64,000 nucleotides of DNA from Daphnia carinata (Eukaryota): positions 6,696,001 through 6,760,000 of the forward strand of contig NC_081333.1 of assembly GCF_022539665.2 (NCBI RefSeq). The letters run 5' to 3'. The translations under genes were made by a program, and so were the position numbers. This document shows positions 15,701 to 29,332 of this stretch, piece after piece. The notes beneath the pieces were generated by a model. It searched no databases and had not been told where the DNA came from. It saw nothing but the letters and a program-made list of their open reading frames with translations. Each line of letters opens with the position of its first letter. Positions within the stretch are counted from its first letter, which is position 1.

Positions 15701-18409
15701 ATCACGCCACCAATGGTCGTTCCAATTGTCGATAAACGGCCAGATACAGCAATAATTTGCTAGAATAAAGTAGTTATGACGTCCTTGCCAGTTTGTTTTT
15801 ATTTTCCCCTTTCGTGATCTAAATATGATGGTGTTCGAATGCAAAAGAGAACCCGCCAATCGGTCGAATTTGGTAAACAAATTGTGCCATAATTTGCGCA
15901 GGTGTTACCTTGACACGGGTCTCAGCAACTAGTTCGTAGTTTTGAAAATTTTCTGAATTTCAGTTCTTGCATCTATAGTAGAAGGTTGTTAGCCATTCGT
16001 GTCACTTTCTCCCTTCTCCGAAAATAAAAAAAGTTTGATAGCATCGAATAGAGAGCAGGTTAAACTGCAAGGCCTGTAAACACATGAATAGCCACGCAGT
16101 TAATAGAAACGTCGGTCGTAAATCGAGTTGGTTCGACATGTTTAGCTCGTAGCTATTTGGCATATTGCTCCACGTTTACCGGCACTAACACGATGGTCTC
16201 GTCGGGAACGAAAGGAAAAAGTTGGTCCATGGCCGAGAACGACGATGCATTGTGTATGGTTAATAATTGTTCACCGCACTCTGCATTTGCTGGCGTCGTT
16301 TTTAGCGAACGCTGTATTACAAGCACATCTCTAAAACGCGTGGGAAATGCGTAGTGCATAAAAAGGAAAGAGCGTCCCTATCGCGTCGTGTACCAATTGC
16401 TTCGGTCCTTCTGTTCTCATCGCGTTTATATGGAGAGACAACCGATGCGATCAACTGCCCACAGAGAACTAGGACGCGGGAAAAGAAAAGAAAAAAAAAA
16501 TGAAATGTTTCGCTCTCCCGTCTCGCGCGTGCACAATTTTTACGTAATAAACATTCACGTTTTCCCTCCGAAATCGGTTGTAAAACATTGGAAAAGAAAA
16601 AAAAAAAAGAACCGGGCACTATGGGCAATATACGAAAAAGAGAGAGAGAGATACGATATTCCCGAGTGAACAAACCCATCTGTAGACTATAAAGAAATGC
16701 GCAGCAGATCACGGTGGTGACCGAATCACGGAAAGCTGGAAGTGGTCACCAATGGCTGGGTCAAACCAATGAGAACATAGTGCGCTAATTGCTCATTATC
16801 GTACCATTCACCGCTAGGTTAGCATGGCCAAATAGGACGTGGTAGCGCAATCGAATTAGTTCGTGTTTCACATAGACACTTTTGACCGTAATTCTATCTA
16901 TAGTCGAGGTTTAGTTTACAACAAAGGCTAACGCGATTGCACAAGTCCTACACCTATCACATGAGAATGTTCATGGTAATCAAACAAACAGAAAAAATTC
17001 TCAGTTTTCACAAGATCCTCTTTGGAAAAAAAAGGAAAATACGTGAACAGTTGCGCCCTGATAATCGTCTAGGCGACCTTGGTTTGCGGTCGATCCATCA
17101 AACAAGTTGCCGACCAAGCTAACTAAACTAGGCAAACCAATGATAAGCAAGGACGTGAAGCATTCTTCTTCTTGCTTCTTCTTTTTATTTCGTTGTATTG
17201 AGGCGCAAACCGACTGCAATACAACTGGTTTCCTGTTGATTGCGCAAGCCGTCAAACACGTACACGTACACATGCCACTTCAACGTGGCTGTGGGGCTCA
17301 AAAAAGGTGCGGCCAAAGAAATTTTTTTTTCTTAGCTTGCCCATCAGACCGGAGCAAAGGATGACTGACCTGCTCTGCATGTTTCTATCTGGCAAATAAA
17401 TGCATTTGAAAAAATGGAGGAATCGGCAACAACAGGATTCCAAATCAACCGGTCTCTATAACCGATTAACCCTTCCTTCGGCAACCAACGACCACGATAA
17501 AAATGCTGGGTGTGAGCATGACTTAGATAGCACTATTCGACATGGTTATTGTTTGTGGAAAAGCTACATGTCAGACATAGTAATTGCTGTAACATTTTTT
17601 CTTTCATTTTTTTTTTTGCCTGTTTGAAACCCGCATCCTGTTTAATGGACCGCACCCATACAACAGCCCATTTTTTTTAAACAATTGCTTTGGGTGTGTT
17701 GTATAGCCTAAAGTGATTCACTTGTTAATCACGCAGCTCTCACCGAGATTGCGTTGAAAATTAACGACTCCATTTCTTTCACTTAGCAATAATTTGATAC
17801 TCGTAAAAAGACTTTTTGAAAGTACCTTGGGTGTCTTACCTCAACTGTTCAACATTTCAATTTTATATAGGCATGATGAAACGAAATTTTCCGATCAGGA
17901 AAAAACAAAAACAAGGAAAAACGCTAGAGGGAGAGAGAACTGACGAATCTAATCAACTTCATTAAGACTGAAAAATCGGAAAAGAAAAGAAAAGTCGCGA
18001 AAAAAAAAAAGAGAGAATTTGGGAAGCGCCAATATTGTGGCTACTGACCTTTCTCCGATGGCGGGAGCTGCTCCTTGACCAACTTAGCGGCCGATGCCAA
18101 CGACGATGTGCACGTGACGTCGAGTGGAATGATGCGGAGCCGACTGGAAGCTTCGGCTTGAAGGCGCACGGCAGCTTCACCAGCGATATTTTCAAATCCA
18201 GCGTAAACTCGGAAGCCCAGCTGGTCGTAGTGACGAGCAAGGTCGAAGCCAAGTGTCGAGTCGGCTCCAGTGATGACCAGCGTCCGGCCAGTGACGTCGA
18301 GGCGCGAACGACACATCAAATGGCGCAGAAGGTAGACGACGATGGCCACGACCACTAAAGCCAAGACGAAGATTTGCACCACGCAGACTGCAATCAATTC
18401 GGAATCCAT
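12716..18409 (-). CDS. Short-chain dehydrogenase/reductase (BDH1/retinol dehydrogenase/17beta-HSD-like) with N-terminal membrane anchor, about 353 aa
   Basis: Exons 18409-18049, 13592-13440, 13376-13175 and 13061-12716 join in frame (1062 nt). Hydrophobic N-terminus, Rossmann-type LVITGADSTLG, LDVT, GLWALINAA, GRIINVGS and catalytic YSGTK (YxxxK). Confidence 0.9.
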
Positions 18410-21400
18410 CGTAAATTCTAGTTGTGTCTCTCCTAATTTTTTTTTTCTTCTTTGATTTTTGATTGACACTTTGAGATTATCATGGGAGGACGATTCGTAG
18501 TATGAGGGTAAACGATGTTTCCATTGCCTAGATTCTTTCGACTGACTTTACTGGTTTTCACTAGAAAATAAAAAAGCGGATTAAAACGTTGATGTTGTCA
18601 AACGAAAAAATGAAATAAATAACACAGACCTTGGTCGAACTATTGTTGTTTTATCGGACGAAGTTAAGAGAAACCTACGTCTTCACCAACTGTTGTCGAT
18701 GGTGTTTGGACGGAGACTGTTCGATTGTTGGTACCGCCGAAACACACACACCCGCAGCATGGGTCGGCCGCTCAACTACTGGCTGTTGATGGAGTTTGTT
18801 TTGTTTTTTTCCTTTCTCTCTCCCTCCCTTTTTGCCTTACCTGGGCTCCATCTCCTTCTGTGTGTCTCTCTCTCACGCACACACACACGCACACATACAC
18901 CCTTTTCTCTTTTTCCTTTCCCATCCATGATGTTTGGATATGGAATCGGTGGTTATGAGGTGTTTGACTGCCTCTTTTTCTCTGTTGTACCGGACTACTA
19001 TTTCAAATCAAACAGGCCACTACTACGAGACGCATTGAGTCGGCTCAGATCGTATAAGAGAGAAGAGAGAAAACGAAACCAAATCTAACCATACCCTCAA
19101 TTCTTTCGAACGCGCGACTGACTCCGCTCTCAAAAATGCGATCTGATGCATGCCGCAGTTAAATCGAAGACTATGTCTTTTGGTATTTTCCTTAAAAATT
19201 TCTAGTCGATGATGTGCGGGACTTATTAGTGAAACGCAGATTCTAAAATCACTGCAACCAATCGAAATGAGCAAGGAGAACAATGGGGATGATGATGGTA
19301 TCTTTGCTTTGAGGATCTCATTTGAATAGGTCGTCTAGCGGTCAAACGGGTCACGAATTGCTGGCAAACTAACAAAAGCCCAACCAAACAAGCTGTGCGG
19401 GAAAAGACCTTCAAAGGCCGTGACAATGCCAAAAAATAATCCACCTGAATTCGCCACGTCGACTGAACGGAGTCTCTTCTGCATCTTCTTTATTCAGCTC
19501 TTCTTTTTTTTTTTTCTTGCTTCCCAAAAAAGGCGAAGGTGACGAAAAAGACGAAAAGGGAAGAGAGGAATCACCATAAAAGCCATCAAGCTAACTTACA
19601 CATAAGAATTCAACATGTATCCAATCGGCCGAATAAGGTAATGCCCCTCTGGCGGGGAATGTTTTTTTTTTTCTTGTTTCGTTTTCTTTCTTTTTATCGT
19701 CGAGGTTTGCATTTTGTATTTTTTCTACAAATATATAAATATATATATATATAAAAAAAAAGTTTTCTTGAATGTCCGACAATGCTGGTCTATTGGCCAA
19801 GCCCCTTCTCGCGGCTTTGGTCGGTGTCCTCGGAGCGAGAGCGTGCCCCAAACAGAAAAGAGAGAGCTCCCGGGCTCTAGCCCAAAAGACGTTTTGAGTT
19901 ACAAAGCCAAGTGTCTCCTATAAAAGAAAAAAGGAAGTTTTCATATTATGTATATGAACACAGTATCTCTCTCTCTTTTTCTTTTCTTGACCATGTTGGT
20001 CAAATGTCTTTACGGCTGAAGCCGTCACTGGTGAAAGGTAAAATTTATGTTTATTTTGGAGTCTTTCGAAAAATGTGAAAGCATCTTCGACAATCTTTCA
20101 CAGAACTTTAATCGCATTTGGGATAGAATGGGACGCGTCCACAAATAAAAAAAAAGCTCATTAAGGGAACGCCGAAACGCCATCTGTGTTTCTGTTTGTA
20201 TTATAGTAAATAGCCCAAGTTCAAATGGCTACGTGATCGAGTGACAGAGAAGGACAGAAACCTAGGGAAAAATCGGAATTAGACAAAAAAAAAAAACATA
20301 GGACAAGGTTTTTTGATTGAAGGACTTTGGAGAACTGGATACAAACAAGCTGGAGGGGTTTCTTTTAATCAAAGTTCTTGCTGCCATTGGCTTTTATGCT
20401 GTTTCTTCGTCTTTCATTAAAATAGGACAAACCCGGAAAAAGAGCCCTTTTTTTTTCGTCGCAACAGGAATTATCAATTGTTATCCGATTCTGATTCGAT
20501 GAAGGGCGAGGTTAGAAATCTGTTTCCGCTATCTTTACTTTCGGTTTCAACGTTTCCTCCGGGAAAATCTTCAGTCTTTTACAGAGTTAACTGCTAATCA
20601 AACCTGTGAAAACCGGCTTAAAATGAGCGCTTCTAAACGGCAAAGGTTATAGAATTCTTTGCGTTTACACAGTGCAAGCCAATTGATTGCCAAAGGGCAA
20701 ATCTGCTTTGTTTTGTTTTGCGAACAACCTTTTTTTCCTCTTTTCTTAATTAGATTTTTTTTTCTCTCCTGAATTGCCCACCATTTATGGCGAAAACCTT
20801 GTAAGGCGATAAGCAATTTGTTTCTTTAAATGGCCTAGGTGCGGCACGTGACGTTTAAAAACAATTTAGCGAAAACGTTGGAAAATTACGCCAGGACGCT
20901 CTGATAAAATTCTCGAATAAAACCTTAGTTTACTTTAAACAACAAAAAAAAAAAGAATGAAGATGCTCCACAGCTCCCAATTGTAATACAATAGCAGTGT
21001 ATTTTCAGCGTTTCACACTACATCATTTGAGTGGATGTAGCACATTAGAGCTTGGGTCAGGCGTATCCCTTGCGGCATTCGTTCCAGTCTATCGATGCCG
21101 TTGCAGAAAGTGTAGACATTGTAGACGGTAGACAATAGAACTATTTGTTTTGCTTTTTTATTAAAGAATTCTCTTCAGTAGGACTCCAAAAATGAGTAGC
21201 CCCATAGCCGACATTGATGTAAGACCGGAGCAAGACGGATCAGAGACAAAAGTGATGGCTCGCCACCAACTGATCCGCGTCCGTACGTTATACTGCGTGT
21301 ACAGCATGACGGACAACCGCCTCGTCTTATATAATGTCCACCAACCACATCACGGCGCGCAGCGCTAGGCATCATTTTGTCAAACGGGATCTTAGAGAAA

Positions 21401-24400
21401 CGGTCTGTCAGCCAGTTAGACAGGTGGTTTTCTTTTTTCCTCGTTTTGCCACTTTCGTTTCCGACTTTCCGTTCGGAAGGTAGTTTTTAACCAACGACCC
21501 TTTACCGCCGTCTGCTGATACATTCAAGACTTGTTAACGTGTGTCTATACGGACCAGGAGAAACTGAAAAAAAAAATAAAATGGTGGAGTTTTCAACCAG
21601 TCTTTTTGTGTGATTACAGGTTTCCCGAAAGTTCCCATGTCATTTTCACTCCAGTTGTAGTGGTTGTCGTGCAGGGAAAACGACATTTCTGTGTAAACCA
21701 AACGAGCAAACTGACTACTTGTCTATTGTCCCTACTGTGGAAATTACAGCTCGAGTACAAGCTTAGAAGAAAACAAGCCTGCAGGGCATGATTCCGAACA
21801 GAGTGGTATTTAACCATTTGAGTGCCATCTAGCTATGGGGCCGTTCATTTCTAATTTCATCGAAAAATAACGAACGAATATTATTCCACCTAAAAGCGCT
21901 ATGCTCTTTTTCTTTCCCCTCCCAAATGCCGCAATGGCGTAGAAACAAATGATGATGATGAAGGCGAGAAGTAACTGGAACTCTCATGGAGTACTGAGGA
22001 AGCCAACAATCTTGAGCCAGACACACACACACACAATTCTTCGTTTCCGACAAAAAAAAAGTCTTTGCGGAAACACATTCCAAATAGCGGGACAAGCAAC
22101 ACAAAAGAAAATGAATAAATTTCATCTGATGTTGATTATATACCGTTCAAATTAAAGCGTTGGAATCTTTTTGTACAAGTTAGTGACCGTTCGTGGCTCA
22201 ATATCCATAAGTTTGATACAAAGCATATAAAGAAAGGGAAGTTGTTCGAGGAAAAAAAGGAAAGACACGCCCCGGACGCGTTGCGTTTATCTGTTTCATG
22301 GCGGGAAAAGCTTTTCTTCCCTTTCCCTTTATAATCTATACGCAACACTCACGAGGTAGTACACGTAGTCAAAGCTAAACTATTTCTCATCTAATAGAAA
22401 CGTCACAATATTTGGCTGGGCATGGTAATGACAGTAACGAGAAAAACAGTCTGTAGTAATTTGCTGAAAAAAAATATACATAAAATTGTCCAGTTTTTGA
22501 AAATTTAAATAGCCCATTCGAGGTTTGTGGCACGACATTTCCCAAACTTCAAAACTGACTTCCGGAGGCAAGTGGATAATGAAAAAAAAAAAAGAGCCAT
22601 GAACAATATGAAACAAAACAAGAGTAGTAAACAGTAAAACTCAAACTGTTGCTAATTTGAAGTTTGTTCCAAGCTTTGACGACCGTTCGCCTAGAGATAG
22701 ACGCGCTAAAACGGTCCGCATCATTTCGCTGCGGTCATCATTTGAAATGTACACTGTCTCGCACGGCGCAGAAAATCATTCAAAACTAAAGTCTGTGTAA
22801 CTAATCTGATTTTGAACTAATTGGTTGACAAGCCGGCAAAAGGTAGGCTATTCAGCGTACACAATAGGAACTTGCATTGATTTTGAAATCGATACAGGCT
22901 TCGATTTAGCGCTTGTTCATTTGAAAACCGTGTCCTGTTTGCCCTGCTAAGACAGTCCTCCTATTCTAGATATTAATGAGAACGAGGAACAGATAGACAA
23001 TGATATGAATAGAAACCAGTTTTTGTTAATTACAGATGATCTCTTTTCTTGATTTTGCTTTAGGAGGGAGAGGGAGGGAGACTTTATTGCGATAGAAATA
23101 ACAGATTCAATTATAACTTGAAAACACAAACAAATAGCTTCTCAATCCACTCCAAAGAAAAATGAAATTTCTGCGTGTTAAATCTTTGAAGTCAATAGAA
23201 ATTTTAGTATTCTTTTCATCTCCATTACAGTAGGAGCTATATGAAACTATTTTTGGCGATGGCAATTGCGTTTGCCTCGCACGTATCGGGCACGGCGTAC
23301 AACGCGCTTTCACAGCCAGAAGCTACTAGACAAGCGAATAAATTAATGTCAATATATTATAGAACGACCCGCGACAAGCCATTTCATCAGCTTGATTTAC
23401 GAAGCTAAGCTGGACGGGTGGGGGAGAGGAAAAACAGGTTACGCAACAAAGTCGACTGGGCCCTTAACAAAGAATGAGTTATATGCCATACTCCGACGTC
23501 CTGTCACCAATCTAACAGTGTTCTTGTATTTGCAGTTTAAATCGAATAAATTATCCGACAAGCCGCCATGAACGTTTATGGCTGCTACATTGATATTGTG
23601 TACAGCTTTTGATGTATTTAAAGTATTCACACAAATCTGTCATTGGTGGTAAAATGGTCCTGTAATTGTTTGCTAACTAGAGACGATCAGTTGACCCAAC
23701 CAAAAACGACTCGAGTATTTTAAACGTAGTCGCCGATACGTCGTGGCGGCTATGAAATAGAACAACGACGAAACGGATGAAACGAAAAGACGCAAACTGT
23801 TTAATGAGGCTATATATAGGTACCAGCTGGCGCAAGAGGCTGGGATTCTGACGGTACTGCGTTGTTTGTTGGGCAGAAGGGGGCCGGGAGGGTGAACGAA
23901 CGTTCTCGCCGACTTGCATCCGTACAGGGTGGGGCTGTTCCCTGCCACGCACGATACGGCCACGGTTATCACGGGTGTGCGCGTCGGTTCCGACATGATA
24001 TGCGCAGGCACCATGTAGCCATTTGGGACGGCTCTAACGACGTGTACAACTCACTTCCAAAATAAACAATCTCAATTCCTTGCCACCACCGCCCATAAGT
24101 CTGACAACAAGTCACGTTTACGCTTCCGCTAACAATAGCTAAATAGCTTTACTACACGACTTTGTCTTAAAGGCTAAGCCACGACATAATGTAATTTTTA
24201 TTGAAAGATTTCTTCTTTTTTTTCATTGGAATTGAGCGGGAGTAGATCCACTTTGTGGCTAAATAGAGCCGCCCGTTGAGATCCGGCCCTCAAATAGAAT
24301 GTACAAAAAGCATGCGTTATTTTCACTACGGGCGTCTATTGACTGCATCTGGCCGCTTCATTGTTCCCGATCGATGGAGCAGTTCGGAGATTTCACGACT

Positions 24401-25349
24401 TCTCCCCATGGCACGACGATACATTGCCGATTGATCCGCCAAAGCATCGGCGAATATCTCAATTGTGTGCGACATCGGAAAAACAATGGAAAACCAATGC
24501 AAATTTTTGTCGTTTTTCTTCCGGTATTCCGGACAAGAGTTTGGGTGACGCTGGATTCGTGTTGAAGCTGACACATCAATTTCGGGATTTAGGTCACTGC
24601 ATTGTGACGTAATTTGGACGAGAATGAAATTATTTGCCCTATGTGACAAGGAATATTAGATGTGGTTGACACAGTCTTCGTGAGGTGTCAGTCTTGAGAA
24701 AAAAGAGTTATCACGACTAGCGCTAGATGGCTCTACCGTAGCAGTTGTCCCTCCAACAACGTCGAAGGCAGAAAAAGGAGGAAACGGGTGGAAAGATAGA
24801 AAACGGTGACGGAACGATAAAGGAGGGGCGGGTGGGTGGAGCTTGACGGTAGTGGTTAGGCAAGAGAAGGGGAAGAAAGTTCGTGAGTGAGCTTCACGCA
24901 GCCAGTATAGGCAGAGCGGACTAGAAGAAGGGGGAATAACGGAGAGTGAGGTTCCCGTCCGCATCACTCCACATTCTTCTTTTCTCTCCCATTCTTCCCT
25001 ACTATTTTTTTTTCTTGTTTATTTCAGGCCTTTTTTTCTTTCATATCTTTGCTATTCGTTCTTTAGCGCCTCCTTTTTGTTTTCCCCACAAAAAAGAAAA
25101 AATTCCCAAAACGAGGAAAACTGGAAAACCTTCTAACCAAACCAAAGAGCAGCACAAGTGTGTGTGAGAGAGAAAACCGTGCGGTGGAATACGGTCGGAG
25201 TTTTTTTTTTTTTTTTCTTGCGTCTCATTTATTTCTCTCTCCATTTTCCTTCTTTCCCTTTTCTCGTTCGCTCGCTCTTTTTTTTTTTACGGATTTTGTT
25301 CACGAAACGTCCCGCCTCCCCCCTCCGACTTCGCTCGGACTGGCAGTCG

Positions 25350-25458
25350 TCAGTCGGTGTATGTGTGCGTGCGAGTGCTGTGCGTGCCGTCTGCTTGCGC
25401 GCCGTATGTGCCGTGTGTGAGTGTGTGACTCGCAAGACGAGATTCTGATCGTGCAGAG
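25350..25458 (+). other. Probable non-coding first exon of the BAHD1-like gene
   Basis: Inr-like TCAGTC near 25350 after a pyrimidine-rich stretch, a strong donor GAG|GTGAGT at 25458/25459, and a candidate acceptor CTAACAG| at 30077 upstream of the coding exon. Confidence 0.5.
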
Positions 25459-28400
25459 GTGAGTCTTTTTTTTTTTTTGTTCTATTTCGTGTTATTTCGA
25501 TTCTGCATCTCGTGCTCCGTTTTTCTGATGCTATTCAACTGAAAGAAGTGACTAAACACCACCAGGACTAATAAAGGAATAAATCGAACGATACGAATAT
25601 CATCGCCTGATTGGCCGTCCTCTTGCCGACACAACTAGTTACCTAGAGTTTACCTACAGTTTTTTTTGTTTTTTGTTCGCTGCCTTTTTTCTTTCTTTTT
25701 TGTTCGAGTGTTCCCGTTTTTACGGACGAGTGACTCTCGAGAGCAGTTTAGAACAAAGAGGGTGTGTTGTGTGTTGATGGATAGGTCGAGTGTCATAATC
25801 TGTCAAATCACCAAGGACCGAGTAAAACAGATCGGCTGAACTAAAAGGAATTATGGATTCATCAAACGAGGAGGATTAAAACAAAATTAAAAACAATGGA
25901 AAAGTGAAACAAAGAGACGCAACTCATTTAGGGAGCGATAAATGGAGATTTCTCAACTGGAGAAAATGAAGAGAATAGAGAAAATGGCAAGAAGGAGCTT
26001 AGAGGGTGGTTTGTGGGTGTTGTTTTTATTTTTCGTTTCTCTCTCTCTCCCACCCTCCACATATCGTGCAGTAGACAAACACACACACAACAAGCCGAGA
26101 GATATCCGGGGCCGGACAACGCCCCTATACACATTCACTGGCGACTATGTGGCCCGCTTTTTTTTTTTTGTTGTTGTTGTTGTGTTGAAAAATGGTTGAA
26201 AAGAAAATAGAGAAAGGAAGAGGAATAAAACAAAACAAAAAATTTGGGTAGGCTATACCAGTTGTTTGTCATACAACCCGGACAGCAAGCCTTTATTTTG
26301 ACGGACTACATAGCGATGGACTGTGGCAACAGTATAATCTAGGAATTTTTTCTACAGCCTCTGTGCTCTTAATCATTTCTATATCCCCCTAATAACAATG
26401 AGTTTGTCTTATCCCCTTCAATCAGTTTAAACTTCAACGAGCCACGTCCACTAAACAAAAGTACATTCGCGAAGCTTATGTTTTTTTTTTTTTAAAGAAT
26501 TTTCTTTCGTTGGTATCTTCAAATATTTTTCGCCTTGTTTTCTAATTCCCAGTACCTTATTTTCTCAATTTCCCCTTATTCTCTGCTGCTCAGTTGGACA
26601 ACGCTAGGACAATTATGAGCAAACAATGACTACATCGTTCGGGGAAAAACAATTCAATAAACCAATTGCCAACAGGGCTAAGCGTATAGAGAAGTTATTG
26701 CATATGTGGCGCGTACGTGTATGAGGCGACACCGAAAAGGTTTCCACTTGGTTGTTCAAGTTTTTGTTCTTGGTTCCCTATGTGAACAGTCTCTCACCCC
26801 CTTCTTTGCAATTGCTTCCTCTTTCCCTGTGTACAACTGATGTATAGCCCATATATGGTCGACACACACACACACACAAGGGCGGCCAACTAATACAGTG
26901 GGAAATAAGAACGAAATTGTTGTGTAGGTAAGAGAGGGGGGAGGGAGAAATGAGGAAGCAGGATATAGTAATAAGAAACAACCAGCTGGAGGAGGCAGCA
27001 GCAGCAGGCAAAAAACTCTTATTTCGTATATAGCCCTCACGAGTGTATGTATGTGTGTGTGTGTGTATTATATGTACGTCTTCCTATGCCGCACCCCTCT
27101 AAAAGCTCCTGGAGTCGCGTGCGCTACCCTCCTCCCATTTCCTGCAAGAACGCTCACTTATTACCAATGACTCGTCTCGATACAATGCGGAAGAAAGAGG
27201 TGAGGGGTTGACGAGGGAAAACAAGAAGAAAATGAAAGTCAAGAAAGAAAAAGCGCTAGAACATTTGAGGAGAAAACAAAAACCGTGAAGAGTAAACTAT
27301 AGCAGCAGGGCATAATAGGGAAAGAATCAAGATAGAGCTCCAGAGAGCTCTTTGTAGTTTTGTATAATACTTGCCTGCTTGCAATCGCCATCAAAGGATC
27401 ATTTCGCTTCCATTTTCAAACAGTTTCTGGCATCGTCATTCTGGCGATTATTCTTGTAATTTCAAGTCCTTTCATTTGTAGTCCTATGGAGCCTCTTCTT
27501 TCCATTTGGCTCAAACGACTTCTTCTGTGTAAATGAAGCGACCATAGGGACCAGGTCCTCTGTCATTAGCTAAGAAGAGATGCAAGCGACGTATCTAGAG
27601 GTCGGGTTGCTGGGATGAGCTAGTTGCCGTTAGTACTTAATTTTTTTGTTCCCTTTTTTTTTCTCATATGGAATAGATGGCCGTATGAAATGCAGGACTT
27701 GAAAGCTGGAAAAAAAACAAGTGTACAAGGTATTATGTAGACTGGCTTTGGTTTACGTAAATCTCAACTGGCTTGACGCTTTGGCGTGCCAGAATTGATG
27801 GCTCATAGGATGGCCCGGTTTGGTCACGCGACCCAACAATGATGAAACGAAGAGAGGCACAAAAGAGTCTTCTACATGCATAATTTTTTGTTTTTTTGTT
27901 TCTTCTTCTACATGTTCCCTCACCATGGCTGAGTTACACTCGCTAGTCGAGATACAATATAGCAGTGCACGTTGGGAAACGTATAGGGTTGCGTGTCCCG
28001 CACTTCAAGCCATAGCCCCTTAAATATTATTTGTAGATAAATTTTTTTTTTAAGGCAAAGGGGGGAAAAAAGAACAACAAAAAAAAACGTGTTTATTTAG
28101 CATAATACATATACAACGAAACGCCCGCAGACAGCAGGTTGTATCGCGGCTTTCAACTCTTTATCCGTTCACATGTTTTGTCTAGTACCATCCAAAATAA
28201 AAAAGAATAAAAAAATAACAAAACAAAACAACAACGATGAAATTCCTTTTATCAGCTGGTTGCCATTCCAATGGTTTCCACACGTTCAATCGACTTGTCT
28301 TCTTTTCCATCCCCCACTCCCCCTTTGTTTTTTTTTATAGATGCGTCGCATTCCGATCGAGTTCCCGACATTTTACCAAAAGCGCTCTATAAATAAATAA

Positions 28401-29282
28401 ATTAGCTCTCGAAATCAAAGATGAATTGGAAAGGCAAAATGCAGGGAAAAGTTCAACGAGCTTTTGTTTACGACTAGGCGGCTTGAGTAAGAGTGGCACC
28501 ATAGTCTGCAAAGTTCATTGATCACTTTTTTGTGTAAACCGATCTAAAACTCGTATCGCATAAGCCCCTCTGGCGAAAAACTTCTCTTCGTTCAACTGTT
28601 GTGTAGAACGACTTACATACGCCAACTGGATGTATCCGTGTGTGTGTGTGTGTGTAGGGCGGGTGTTGGAACAGCACGTCGTGAGCCAACGGGACAAATC
28701 ACCTACGGCGGTGTTGAGACCCAAAACGGACAACACTATATAGAAGAAGACGAAGAAGACGAGAAAGGAAGATAGAAAAAGAAAGAAGCCAAAGGGAAAT
28801 GTAGGATAGAGGTGATCGTGAAATGAAACGGCATCTCGTGATCATTGGTAGCACAGCGTCGCCAGATCTCGATACGCTGTTGTTAACGGTGGAATCACGA
28901 GCCACTTGACAAAATCTACAACAAAAAAATTGTGAAATAATAATGTTCATCCTACAATCGTTTCCACAAAATCAAAATTTCATTTGTTTGCATACACAGA
29001 AGCCGAAGGCTGTCTGCTTTGAAAAAAAAAAAAAAATCTCTGTTTGCCGCAAAGTCGTTGATGATTGGATCGAGTCACGGATAATTTCATCGTGGCTTTA
29101 TGAACTGTTAGCACCGAAAGGACCCTGCCACCTTGGAGTCATAAAGTCGTTGTTAAAGGAAAAGGGTTGGAAGGGCAATAGAAAGGGCTACACGCGGACA
29201 TGGCCAACGACAGAGAGACAGCAGATTGCATTCGATTATCGATGGTTGCCGCTGCTGCTGACTGGCTGGCTTCGTATTCCTT

Positions 29283-29332
29283 CTACTTTTTTTTTATTTT
29301 ATTTTATTTTTATTTTTATTTTTATTTTTTTG
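29283..29332. repeat. (TTTTA/TTTTTA)n simple repeat in the first intron of the BAHD1-like gene
   Basis: Directly visible tandem TTTTA/TTTTTA units. Confidence 0.8.

Noticed and set aside
16153..16359. Overlapping 68-aa and 65-aa ORFs in the long SDR intron
   Set aside because: No motif and no convincing splice-phase fit; length is within chance expectation.
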